Source: a cyanobacterium endosymbiont of Epithemia turgida isolate EtSB Lake Yunoko
Lineage (GTDB): Bacteria > Cyanobacteriota > Cyanobacteriia > Cyanobacteriales > Microcystaceae
Direction of reading: 5' to 3'
Length of the DNA stretch: 32,000 nt
Assembly (NCBI RefSeq): GCF_000829235.1
Contig: NZ_AP012549.1
Span: 1,260,001 to 1,292,000, forward strand
The first letter of the stretch is position 1. Every line of letters begins with the position of its first letter. The position numbers and the translations under genes are program-made. The notes beneath the pieces were generated by a model, which did not search any database, had not been told where the DNA came from, and was given only the letters and a program-made list of their open reading frames with translations. Below are positions 9,258 to 18,558 of the stretch, one piece after another.

Positions 9258-9395
9258 ATGTCAGACCTTAATCGCGGCATTATGAAGTTCGACGGAGCTG
9301 ATAAGCCCGTTCTCGTTGCTATTTCTAGCTTCTTAGTTCTTGGAGCAATTATAGGATTAATTGTATGGGCGTTCCAAGTCGCCTATATTGTTTAA
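9258..9395 (+). CDS. Small single-pass membrane protein (45 aa), below the ORF-track size cut-off
   Basis: ATG at 9258 preceded by ccaggagcc about 9 nt upstream. Translation: MSDLNRGIMKFDGADKPVLVAISSFLVLGAIIGLIVWAFQVAYIV-TAA. It has one clear TM helix and gene-like rather than spacer-like base composition. I do not recognise the family. Confidence 0.45.
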   Translation: MSDLNRGIMKFDGADKPVLVAISSFLVLGAIIGLIVWAFQVAYIV

Positions 9396-9405
9396 ATTAA
9401 CCTAA

Positions 9406-10641
<1,236 letters not shown>

Positions 10642-10709
10642 ATAAACTTCCTGAGAAAAAATTGCATGTTGAAAATAGCTGTGTTATGATGGTTGCCTGT
10701 GGCGTAAGT

Positions 10710-10794
10710 GGGTCGATGCCCGAGTGGTTAATGGGGGCGGACTGTAAATCCGCTGGCTATGCCTACGCTGGTTCAAATCCAGCTCGGCCCACCA
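10710..10794 (+). tRNA. tRNA-Tyr (anticodon GTA), long variable arm, CCA encoded
   Basis: Folded by hand. Acceptor GGGTCGA/TCGGCCC (one G-T pair), anticodon stem GCGGA/TCCGC with loop CT-GTA-AA, variable arm tggctatgcctacgc, T arm GCTGG-TTCAAAT-CCAGC, discriminator A plus CCA. Confidence 0.9.
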
Positions 10795-10869
10795 CAATAC
10801 TTTCCCAGGTTCTCTATTCTGCACAAATCCTATATAGGGTAAGAAGTGGAGGTCTTTGAGTGACATGTT

Positions 10870-10941
10870 GCCTTTGTAGCTCAGTGGTAGAGCACACCCT
10901 TGGTAAGGGTGAGGTCACGAGTTCAATCCTCGTCAAAGGCT
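10870..10941 (+). tRNA. tRNA-Thr (anticodon GGT)
   Basis: Folded by hand. Acceptor GCCTTTG/CAAAGGC, D arm GCTC-AGTGGTA-GAGC, anticodon stem CACCC/GGGTG with loop TT-GGT-AA, T arm ACGAG-TTCAATC-CTCGT. No CCA encoded. Confidence 0.9.
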
Positions 10942-11296
10942 CTTAAACTATATTTAAGTCACGGCATAATTTTTAGTTATTGCCATATCGTAAAACATCT
11001 TAGGTTTAGAAATTTCAATGGGAGATTCGAGAATAGTCTTCCTTTTGAGAAGGAAAAATCTTTAACAGACAAATTTAGATAAAATAAGTGTCAAATTTTC
11101 TTTATATTTAAGATTAATCAGAAGTCCATTATTTATTCAAATAAAATATAATAGTTTCTTTTGACGGAGATAAACTTATAGCCTTTAGAAAAGAAAATTT
11201 AGTAACCTTTACAACAGAAAAGTTTTATTTTTAGAAGATTCATAGTAATGTAAAAAAAAATATTATTATTTTCGCTAGTTCTAAGATTAGAGCAAA

Positions 11297-11341
11297 TATT
11301 ATTGGTTAATCTTATTCTGTCGTTAAGATTAACCAATAATA
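11297..11341 (-). terminator. Perfect 18-bp-stem hairpin immediately 3' of the small membrane-protein gene
   Basis: tattattggttaatctta (11297-11314), a 9-nt loop, then taagattaaccaataata (11324-11341). It starts 6 nt after the stop of the 11347-11577 ORF. The stem is AT-rich and there is no strong U-tract, so the terminator role is inferred from position only. Confidence 0.35.
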
Positions 11342-11346
11342 AAAAA

Positions 11347-11577
11347 TCATTGTTTTCGATTGAGACTTTGCTGTCTAAATAAATGAGGAATAAAAATCAG
11401 AAAATAAAACCACCATACCAGAATGGAAAGCGAGGTCATAGCCATCAGCCAAATTATATGAAACAGAAACCAACTTCCAAGAATTACCCCTGTTCCTGTC
11501 AAAAGAACTGTCCAGGGTTGACACCACCAAGGTTTATATTTCCAAATATTGGTTGCAGTAGGAATTGACATAAACAA
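11347..11577 (-). CDS. Conserved small cyanobacterial membrane protein (KPWWCQPW motif)
   Basis: 76 aa with two hydrophobic helices. The N-terminal motif NIWKYKPWWCQPWTVLLTG is one I recall from hypothetical membrane proteins conserved across cyanobacteria. Ends in TGA. Confidence 0.5.
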   Translation of the reverse strand: MFMSIPTATNIWKYKPWWCQPWTVLLTGTGVILGSWFLFHIIWLMAMTSLSILVWWFYFLIFIPHLFRQQSLNRKQ

Positions 11578-12618
11578 AATTTAGGCAAAAGTTGCGTATA
11601 GATTCAACTATACGCCATAGTGCGAGTGATGTAATTAAATCTGATATTTTTTTATGTGACCGCTGTTTGACTATACCATCGCCTTCGATTACAACTTTTA
11701 TATCTATTTTTAGTGCCATTACTTTACCAATTTAAGAGTAACAGCAAAATAATAATATCTAAAGTAATCATTAATCTACTAAGTATAAACTTACAGATCC
11801 TTTGCAAGCTAATAGAAAAAACGATAATTAGTGATAAGGTAACAGCTGGTAGCAGCAAAAAGAAAGATTAGACCTCATACAAAGAACATGGAAATTAAGA
11901 GTTATAGTCTGTAAATCCTTTTAAAGACGAAATCATGGCAATAATACCCATGTTGTATTAAGCTTTCTTTTTAGGGAAAAAATAATATAAGGTTATTCAG
12001 GATAAGATCGTCTAGCAAAATTGGACAATCACGTAACTATATTCAACCTAAACGATTTTAAAATAGTTGCTTTATCTTGGCAACTCTTGGAAATAGCTAT
12101 TTTTAGCAGTTGGATTTAATGTTGCGAAATCAACCTATTATTAGTTATCAACAAGCAACTCAACTTTTCATTGAGATCTATATTTAACTATAAACTAAAT
12201 TTGTTATTAACAACTACTTAAGATTGTTATCAGAGTATAAATTTTATCCTAAAATAAAAGAATTCTTAAAATTAGAAAAAAATATCCTATCAGTGGCTCA
12301 AAGGAAAAAATGGTTAATTGAAGTTATCAATCCTCAAGATGGAAAGTCGATTAATTCTACCTCAGGTGAAATTACTTTTGATATTTCATAAATTACCCTA
12401 TTTTAGGCTTGAGGATGCTAATAATGGTTGTAAAATTTTAAACCATCCTCTCAAAAAAATAGTAATTTATCCTAATCTTTTATTATCTGATATCGACGAT
12501 AAGCAAATGAATTATCTTATTGAAGAAGCCTTGAGTTGATTTAGATAAAGTATGAATTGATTATTTATTCTTCATGAATTTTTTCTTATTATCTAGGATA
12601 ACAAGCCTTGTTAGAATT

Positions 12619-12648
12619 AAAAGAAAGACGTGCCCACTGGAAGCACGC
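12619..12648 (-). terminator. Rho-independent terminator candidate for the radical-SAM gene
   Basis: On the minus strand: GCGUGC-uuccagugg-GCACGU (5 Watson-Crick pairs plus 1 G-U) followed by CUUUCUUUU. It lies about 50 nt downstream of the stop at 12698. Confidence 0.5.
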
Positions 12649-12697
12649 ACTTTACGATTAATCGCACATTACTTTTAATTAAAAGCCCTAAGATAAA

Positions 12698-14137
12698 TTA
12701 AGAAGCGTTAACTAAAGTTCGATTATGACGTTCATTTAAATAAGCCATAAATTCCCGTCCTTCTCGTAAACGACGTATTAACATCTGGGGATCAACTAAC
12801 ATTTCTTTAACGATAGGAATAATTGCCCCAGGACGGAAATAAAAGCGACGATACATCTGTTCAACTGCATCTTCAATTTCTGCTGCTGATAGATTAGGAT
12901 ATTGCAACGTGGACATTTGAATGCCAGAAGTTGCTACTAAATTTCCATTAGTAAACCAACCATTATCTAACGCTTGTTGATATAGTTCTGTCCCAGGATA
13001 GGGCGAAGCAATAGACACTTGAATGGTGTGGGGACTCACCTCACAAGCAAAGCGGATAGTATCTTCAATGCTTTCCCTACTTTCATTTGGTAAACCGATA
13101 ATAAACGCCCCGTGAACTTTGATTCCCAGTTTATTACAGTTAGCCATAAACTTACGTGCAACTTCAAGTTGAATGCCTTTTTTTACTCCATTAAGTATTT
13201 TTTGATTGCCTGATTCAAAGCCAACTAAAAGCAATCTTAATCCATTTTTTTTCAGAGTTTTTAAAGTATCGTAATCCAAGTTTGCACGAGCATTACAACT
13301 CCAAGTTAATTTTAGTGTTTTGAGATATTCGCTGATAGCAATAACCCGTTTTTTATCAATAGTAAAAGTATCATCATCAAAGAAATATTCCCGAATAGAA
13401 TCCCCCCAAAGAGATTTTGCTAACTCCATTTCCTTTCCTACTGCTTCAGGACTCTTGGCACGATATTGATGTCCTCCGATAGTTTGGGGCCATAGACAAA
13501 ACGTACATTTTGCGGGACAACCACGACCTGTGTACAAAGAAACGTAGGGATTCTGTAGATAACCAATAAAATAGTTGCGAATATCAAGATTATCTGCATA
13601 AACAGGGAAAACACTGGGCATAGAATCCCAATCATGAATTAATTCCCGTTCTTCAGTATGTTTAATATTTCCTTGTTGATCACGGTAACTGAGTCCCTTG
13701 ATCTGGTCGTAGGGCTTTCCTTCAGCTAATTCCTGACAAGAGTAATCAAATTCATTGCGACAAACAAAATCAAGAATTGGATTTTCTTCGAGAGTTTTGG
13801 TCGGTAAAACCGCCACGTGTGCCCCTAATAAACCAATTTTAGTGTCAGAATTTTGAGCTTTAATGGTCTGAGCGCATTTTACATCATTAAGAAGGGTGGG
13901 GGTACTGGTATACATAATAACCAGTTCATAGTCTTTAGCAATTTCAAGAACATCCTCCATCGTTTGATAATGAGCAGGAGCATCTACTAGTTTACTCCCA
14001 GGAACTAATGCTGCTGGTTGTGCCAACCAAGTTGGATACCAAAAAGAGGTAATTTCACGTTTTGCTTGATATCTTGCTCCTGCACCTCCATCAAAACCAT
14101 CAAAAGAAGGGGGACTTAGAAAGAGTGTCTTTTTCAT
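12698..14137 (-). CDS. hpnJ: B12-binding-domain radical SAM protein, HpnJ-like (hopanoid-associated radical SAM family)
   Basis: 479 aa. The N-terminus MKKTLFLSPPSFDGFDGGAGARYQAKREITSFWYPTWLAQPAAL matches my memory of HpnJ-type proteins. Radical-SAM cluster motif GRGCPAKCTFC (CxxxCxxC). The HpnJ assignment is from memory of the family, not from a search. Confidence 0.6.
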   Translation of the reverse strand: MKKTLFLSPPSFDGFDGGAGARYQAKREITSFWYPTWLAQPAALVPGSKLVDAPAHYQTMEDVLEIAKDYELVIMYTSTPTLLNDVKCAQTIKAQNSDTKIGLLGAHVAVLPTKTLEENPILDFVCRNEFDYSCQELAEGKPYDQIKGLSYRDQQGNIKHTEERELIHDWDSMPSVFPVYADNLDIRNYFIGYLQNPYVSLYTGRGCPAKCTFCLWPQTIGGHQYRAKSPEAVGKEMELAKSLWGDSIREYFFDDDTFTIDKKRVIAISEYLKTLKLTWSCNARANLDYDTLKTLKKNGLRLLLVGFESGNQKILNGVKKGIQLEVARKFMANCNKLGIKVHGAFIIGLPNESRESIEDTIRFACEVSPHTIQVSIASPYPGTELYQQALDNGWFTNGNLVATSGIQMSTLQYPNLSAAEIEDAVEQMYRRFYFRPGAIIPIVKEMLVDPQMLIRRLREGREFMAYLNERHNRTLVNAS

Positions 14138-15099
14138 GGTGTTTCCTCACACTACCACTAATTAATTATCAATATAATCTAACAATTCTGGTCAAGATCA
14201 GCGATCAAAGATTCCTAAAACTGAAAACATATATCTCTTGATGCACTACTGTCAATGGTTAAAGATAAATAAACAGCACTACATTAATATATGTTAAAGC
14301 TCTAACAAAAGCTACCATAAACAGACCTCAAAGTGTGTTAAAAGATTTAGCAATAAGAACTCTGATTAACTAATTTCATCTTCTCGTTCAAGAATATTTC
14401 CAAAATAGGAGCAGGAAAGAACATTATTCTGGTTAAATAAAGTTAAACAAGTCTTTTCAAAAATAAAAGATAGGGCTAGCATAATTAGATTGTTAGTACT
14501 GGGGTGGAAGGTGGATAAAATTGTTATTTTTTACAAAATGGGCTTTCTAGACAGTTCGTATAACAATTCATCTATGGAATAAACAAGGGAGTTGATTAAA
14601 TAAAAACTAAACAGAATAGTCTTGATATTATTCAACTAGGTTAAAAATGAATATCAAATTTACGCTAATTAACGTCTCTACTCTTCTTGAGCTTTCTTTA
14701 AACTTTTTAAGCTAGAAAATTTGCTAAAATTTTTAGTATGAGTGGACGGTTGACCTATTTTATTAGGAGTTTTTAGTGTAGTGCTACTTATCGATCTTTA
14801 AATACTGAGGTTTTGAAAATAAATATTAAAAATATAGATTTTAGTATATTTTTAGGCTGAAGCAGTTAAAGTAATTTTTTTGATATAAATTTCCAATTAT
14901 TTTGACTAAATTATATTTAAAGATTATTTAAATTCTTGATTGGCTTTTATTTGAACCTATTTTTTTCTATTATATTTAGATCTGAATCATGAGCTAGTTA
15001 ATATATATAGTTAACAAAAACTAAGATGATTTTTATTGATTATATAATTGAACAAATTCATTTATTATTACAAATAATTAATGTGCCTATTTTTATCGC

Positions 15100-15151
15100 T
15101 TATCAACTTTAAAAAATTTATTTCTTTATATAACTTTTTTAAAGTTGATAA
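15100..15151. repeat. 17-bp perfect inverted repeat in an AT-rich spacer
   Basis: ttatcaactttaaaaaa (15100-15116) and ttttttaaagttgataa (15135-15151), with an 18-nt loop. The arms are almost pure A/T, so significance is limited. Confidence 0.4.
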
Positions 15152-15891
15152 AAAACCTATGTATTAACATACCATGATTTATGGGGTGTTAATATATCAT
15201 GGCTATATTTAGTCAGTATATTTTTCACTCTGTAAAATAATTTTTTATTTTTTTACTTGTATAGAGGTACGATTTACTAAAATTCATAGATAAAACTCTG
15301 CCTTATTTAAATAAATTAGCCTTATAATTTGATTTTATTTTAAGAAATATAGTATTCTAGAATATGCTTGTTCGTTTTTTTAAATATAGTAATTATGTTA
15401 TTAACTTCACTTTTTTATTCCTGATTTGTTTAAAATAAATTATCAAATATTCCAGCAAATAATATAATTTTTTTATCTTTTTTTAGTTTTTAAATAGTTA
15501 ATATTTAACATATTATTTTATTTTTAACTGAAGGTTATTTTGCATATTTTATATTTATTATCTATTTTTTAGTTTAACAATTTATGTATAATTTTTTTTA
15601 TCAAATTGCCCGATAGATTTACATAGTTCGCAATATTTTAACCTTTCATTTGTATCACAGTATAACATTTGTATTTTTATACTTGTTCTGGAAGAGACTT
15701 CAGGTTGTAAATTAATTTTGATAGTTTTTGCTCTTTGTAATTATGTTAGCTATTTTTTGCAGCAAAATTGATCTATGGTGAGCACTCTATTTTTAACTAC
15801 TTATTCTATTCTGTACTTATTTAAGTTCACTTACTTAGCAATGTAAGATAATTTATTTTTTCAAGTTTATTTAAAGCTACCTCCTTCTTTA

Positions 15892-16001
15892 ATGGAGAAT
15901 AGTCAAGTTAGACTTAAGCACCAGGAGTCTTAATTTTCATAAGGTATTATGGAGAATAGTAAAGTTAAACTTAACCACCAGGAGTCTTAATTTTCATAAG
16001 G
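15892..16001 (+). repeat. Tandem duplication (period 57 bp, 2 copies, 50/53 identical) in the ado leader, each copy containing a 13-codon mini-ORF
   Basis: Copy 1 (15892-15944): atggagaatagtCaagttaGacttaaGcaccaggagtcttaattttcataagg. Copy 2 (15949-16001) is the same with A, A, C at the capitalised positions. Mini-ORFs are 15892-15933 (MENSQVRLKHQES-TAA) and 15949-15990 (MENSKVKLNHQES-TAA). The ado ATG is at 16056. Confidence 0.85.
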
Positions 16002-16055
16002 ACACCACTTTAAACCGTAAACTCAGTTGATAATCCACAGGAGATAAACTATCTT

Positions 16056-16751
16056 ATGCAAGAGCTTGCCACACGCTCAGAGCTTGAGTTCAACAGCGAA
16101 ACCTATAAAGACGCCTACAGCCGCATTAATGCGATCGTTATTAAAGGCGAAGAAGAAGCGTATCATAACTATATAGATATAGCTAAAATGTTACCTGATC
16201 ACAAAGATGAGTTAATCCGTCTTGCTAAGATGGAAAACCGTCACAAGAAAGGTTTTCAGTCCTGTGGGAAGAATTTGAGCGTTACTCCTGATATGGAGTA
16301 TGCTCAAAAATTTTTTGCCCAACTCAATGAAAACTTCCAACAAGCCAAAGCCCAAAAAAAGATTGTTACTTGCTTGTTAATTCAATCTTTAATCATCGAA
16401 GCTTTTGCTATTGCTGCTTATAATATTTACATTCCTGTTGCTGACCCCTTTGCCCGAACAATTACCGAAAAAGTGGTTAAAGATGAATATATTCATCTAA
16501 ATTTTGGTGAGGTCTGGCTTCAAAAAAATTTTGAAATATCAAAAGCGGAATTAGAAGAAGCTAACAAAAGCAATTTACCTATCGTTTGGACAATGCTTAA
16601 TCAAGTTAAAGACGATGCAGAAGTTTTAGGAATGGAAAAAGAAGCATTAGTTGAAGACTTCATGATTAGTTATGGAGAAGCATTAAGTAGTATCGGCTTT
16701 AGCACCTATGACATCGTGCAAATGTCTTCCTATGGCTTAAAAGCAACTTAG
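16056..16751 (+). CDS. ado: Aldehyde-deformylating oxygenase (cyanobacterial alkane biosynthesis)
   Basis: 231 aa. N-terminus ...[28 protein letters not shown]. Di-iron ligand motifs MENRH (ExxH), [10 protein letters not shown] and KDEYIH (ExxH). SD-like aggag lies about 12 nt upstream of the ATG. Confidence 0.93.
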   Translation: MQELATRSELEFNSETYKDAYSRINAIVIKGEEEAYHNYIDIAKMLPDHKDELIRLAKMENRHKKGFQSCGKNLSVTPDMEYAQKFFAQLNENFQQAKAQKKIVTCLLIQSLIIEAFAIAAYNIYIPVADPFARTITEKVVKDEYIHLNFGEVWLQKNFEISKAELEEANKSNLPIVWTMLNQVKDDAEVLGMEKEALVEDFMISYGEALSSIGFSTYDIVQMSSYGLKAT

Positions 16752-16812
16752 GACACTTTGTTTTGTTACGTATCTTAAAAATATTTCTAACCAAATTATT
16801 TGGTTTAAATTA

Positions 16813-16838
16813 TCGCCCTTCTAGGGCGAATTTCTTTG
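16813..16838 (+). terminator. Rho-independent terminator candidate directly after ado
   Basis: TCGCCC-ttcta-GGGCGA (6-bp GC-rich stem) followed by atttcttt, 62 nt after the ado stop. Confidence 0.6.
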
Positions 16839-18558
16839 ATTATACTTTTGGTTAAGGCTATAAATCTAACCTCATCAATCTAACCCCATTACTCTAACGC
16901 TGTCGGCAGATTAACCTCTCTGAGAAAAAACTGCTTAGACAAATTGTGTTTCCAAAATTCCTCAAGAGCAGGTGATTTTAGTCTATTTTCTACTGAACAG
17001 GTAATCACCTCAAGTTCTTTCCACATAACCAATAGCCTCTGAATCAATCATGGCTAAACAACGTCACTGTTAATCCTTTCCCTAGTCAAAGTCCCCACAG
17101 ATCATTTAACATAAATTGCTTTTTTTATCAAAAAATAGACGATTCTTCCTGCGAGATATCAGACTGTTTCTCTGAAAAAACTCTAAAAAGAGCTTAATTA
17201 ACAAGAACAACGACTTAGCCTGTAAGGTCCCTAAAACTTTAATGATGGCTTCGTAGAGTTTGATTGGATGAAGTTCTCTTTTTAGTTTTGAGCTCGCTTC
17301 TATTGTGTTGTTCAACAACTTAACTCAGATATTCACTGCTTTCTTATTCTCCGCCATTTTCAACATCTGGGTAACAGAATCTCTAAGTGTCATTATTTGA
17401 ATAATCAAGGGCTTTAATAAATAAGATCATGCCTCGGTAATCGCCTAATTTTTCTAGAGCTATGGACTTACTACGTCTAAGTGGGTAATCATAATTGCCT
17501 TCACAAAAGCGGTTAACAAAGCCTTGATAGCCATTGCGTTACTAACCCTAAACTAGCTAATAACTAAGCAGTATAGTAACAGTAACGCGCACTGGGTTTG
17601 GTAGTTTGCTATAAATTCTTTAGTCCTTGTTCCACAGTATGAGCACGATTATCTTTGCTATTAGAAAATTTTTCTACAGAGTGTAATTTAACAATTAGAA
17701 ATAACATGACCTTAGGAGTGAGTTTTGAAACTGGCTTCTCTAGATCAAACTGTAGTGAACTTTAATCTAGCTTAGAACTTCAATGTACTGACTAAGCGAT
17801 CAGTCCAAAAATGTGGTTGATTTCATCGATTACAGCAACAAGGTAATCGTTCATAGAGCCAATTCTATCTGTAATTAAACAGTAACTATGCTGAGAGAAT
17901 AGTTGGTGTCGTGAGTGTACTTGTCTTTGCCTCGTTGATCCGTAACATAGTCATACTCTTGTATTTGAGCAGGAAAAGAAAATTTCCTCTAAACTTGGTT
18001 GCTAGTATCCTAAACTCAAAAACTATATTTTTCGTTTAACTTTCTATTATTTTAGTATCTTTTGATTATTTTGCGAATTAGCTATCGGTAGCAATAAAAT
18101 AACCAAGAGTTCTTAATGCTAAGTAAGTTTCCCGAAATTAATTAAGGTAGCTATCTTTGAAGATGCTAGCATTACCACCCAAAATTGAATACGGAATAAC
18201 TCAGCAAAGTCCACTTTTCCTGCGGCTTAAATTCAAAGTTAAATGTCTTGATCTTTGTCTGTTTCTATTTTTACCTTCAAAATCTCAAGTATGAGAGACT
18301 GTTTGTCAAGTGCATCTAAAGACGATTGCAGTAAATTAAGACAACTACTTGACTAAAGCTCTTCTAGCCAGCCTGTGATAAACCCATAAGGGGTGTCTGT
18401 CATGTAGTGCTATTTACGCTAGCCTCTTGAAGGACCTTTTCAGAAATTGTTTAAATTTTTTAAAGTTTGGTTGTTATTAATATAACAACTAAGTCGGACT
18501 ATATTAAAGTTCCACAGATATTTACCGTCCTAAGCTCAGTAAATACTTATTATTGAAT

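Noticed and set aside
10662-11082. Track ORFs 10662-10859(+), 10684-10866(-) and 10900-11082(+).
   Set aside because: They overlap the tRNA-Tyr and tRNA-Thr genes. Their openness is a by-product of the GC-rich tRNA sequence.
11909-11918. 10-nt identity (ctgtaaatcc) to the tRNA-Tyr anticodon loop, considered as a possible tRNA pseudogene.
   Set aside because: The flanking bases cannot form an anticodon stem or any other tRNA arm.
12331-12339. 9-nt match (tcaatcctc) to the tRNA-Thr T-arm, considered as a possible attR of an island integrated at tRNA-Thr.
   Set aside because: The identity does not extend on either side, and no integrase remnant is recognisable between the two sites.
16790-16860. 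The + strand frame LFGLNYRPSRANFFDYTFG just after ado, considered as a possible remnant of the AAR N-terminus (MFGLIGHLTS...).
   Set aside because: Only the FGL tripeptide matches. The same bases form the terminator hairpin, and no further AAR motifs follow in any frame.
17400-17560. Minus-strand fragment YQGFVNRFCEGNYDYPLRRSKS resembling the TnpB/IS605 OrfB motif, and SPALEEFWKHNLSKQ (about 16880-16960) resembling the IS630 YSPELNPIE..W motif.
   Set aside because: These are single short motif-level resemblances with inconsistent spacing. No RuvC (GIDLG), zinc-finger or DDE motifs could be found, and I see no terminal inverted repeats. That is not enough to call a mobile element, so it is mentioned only as a lead.
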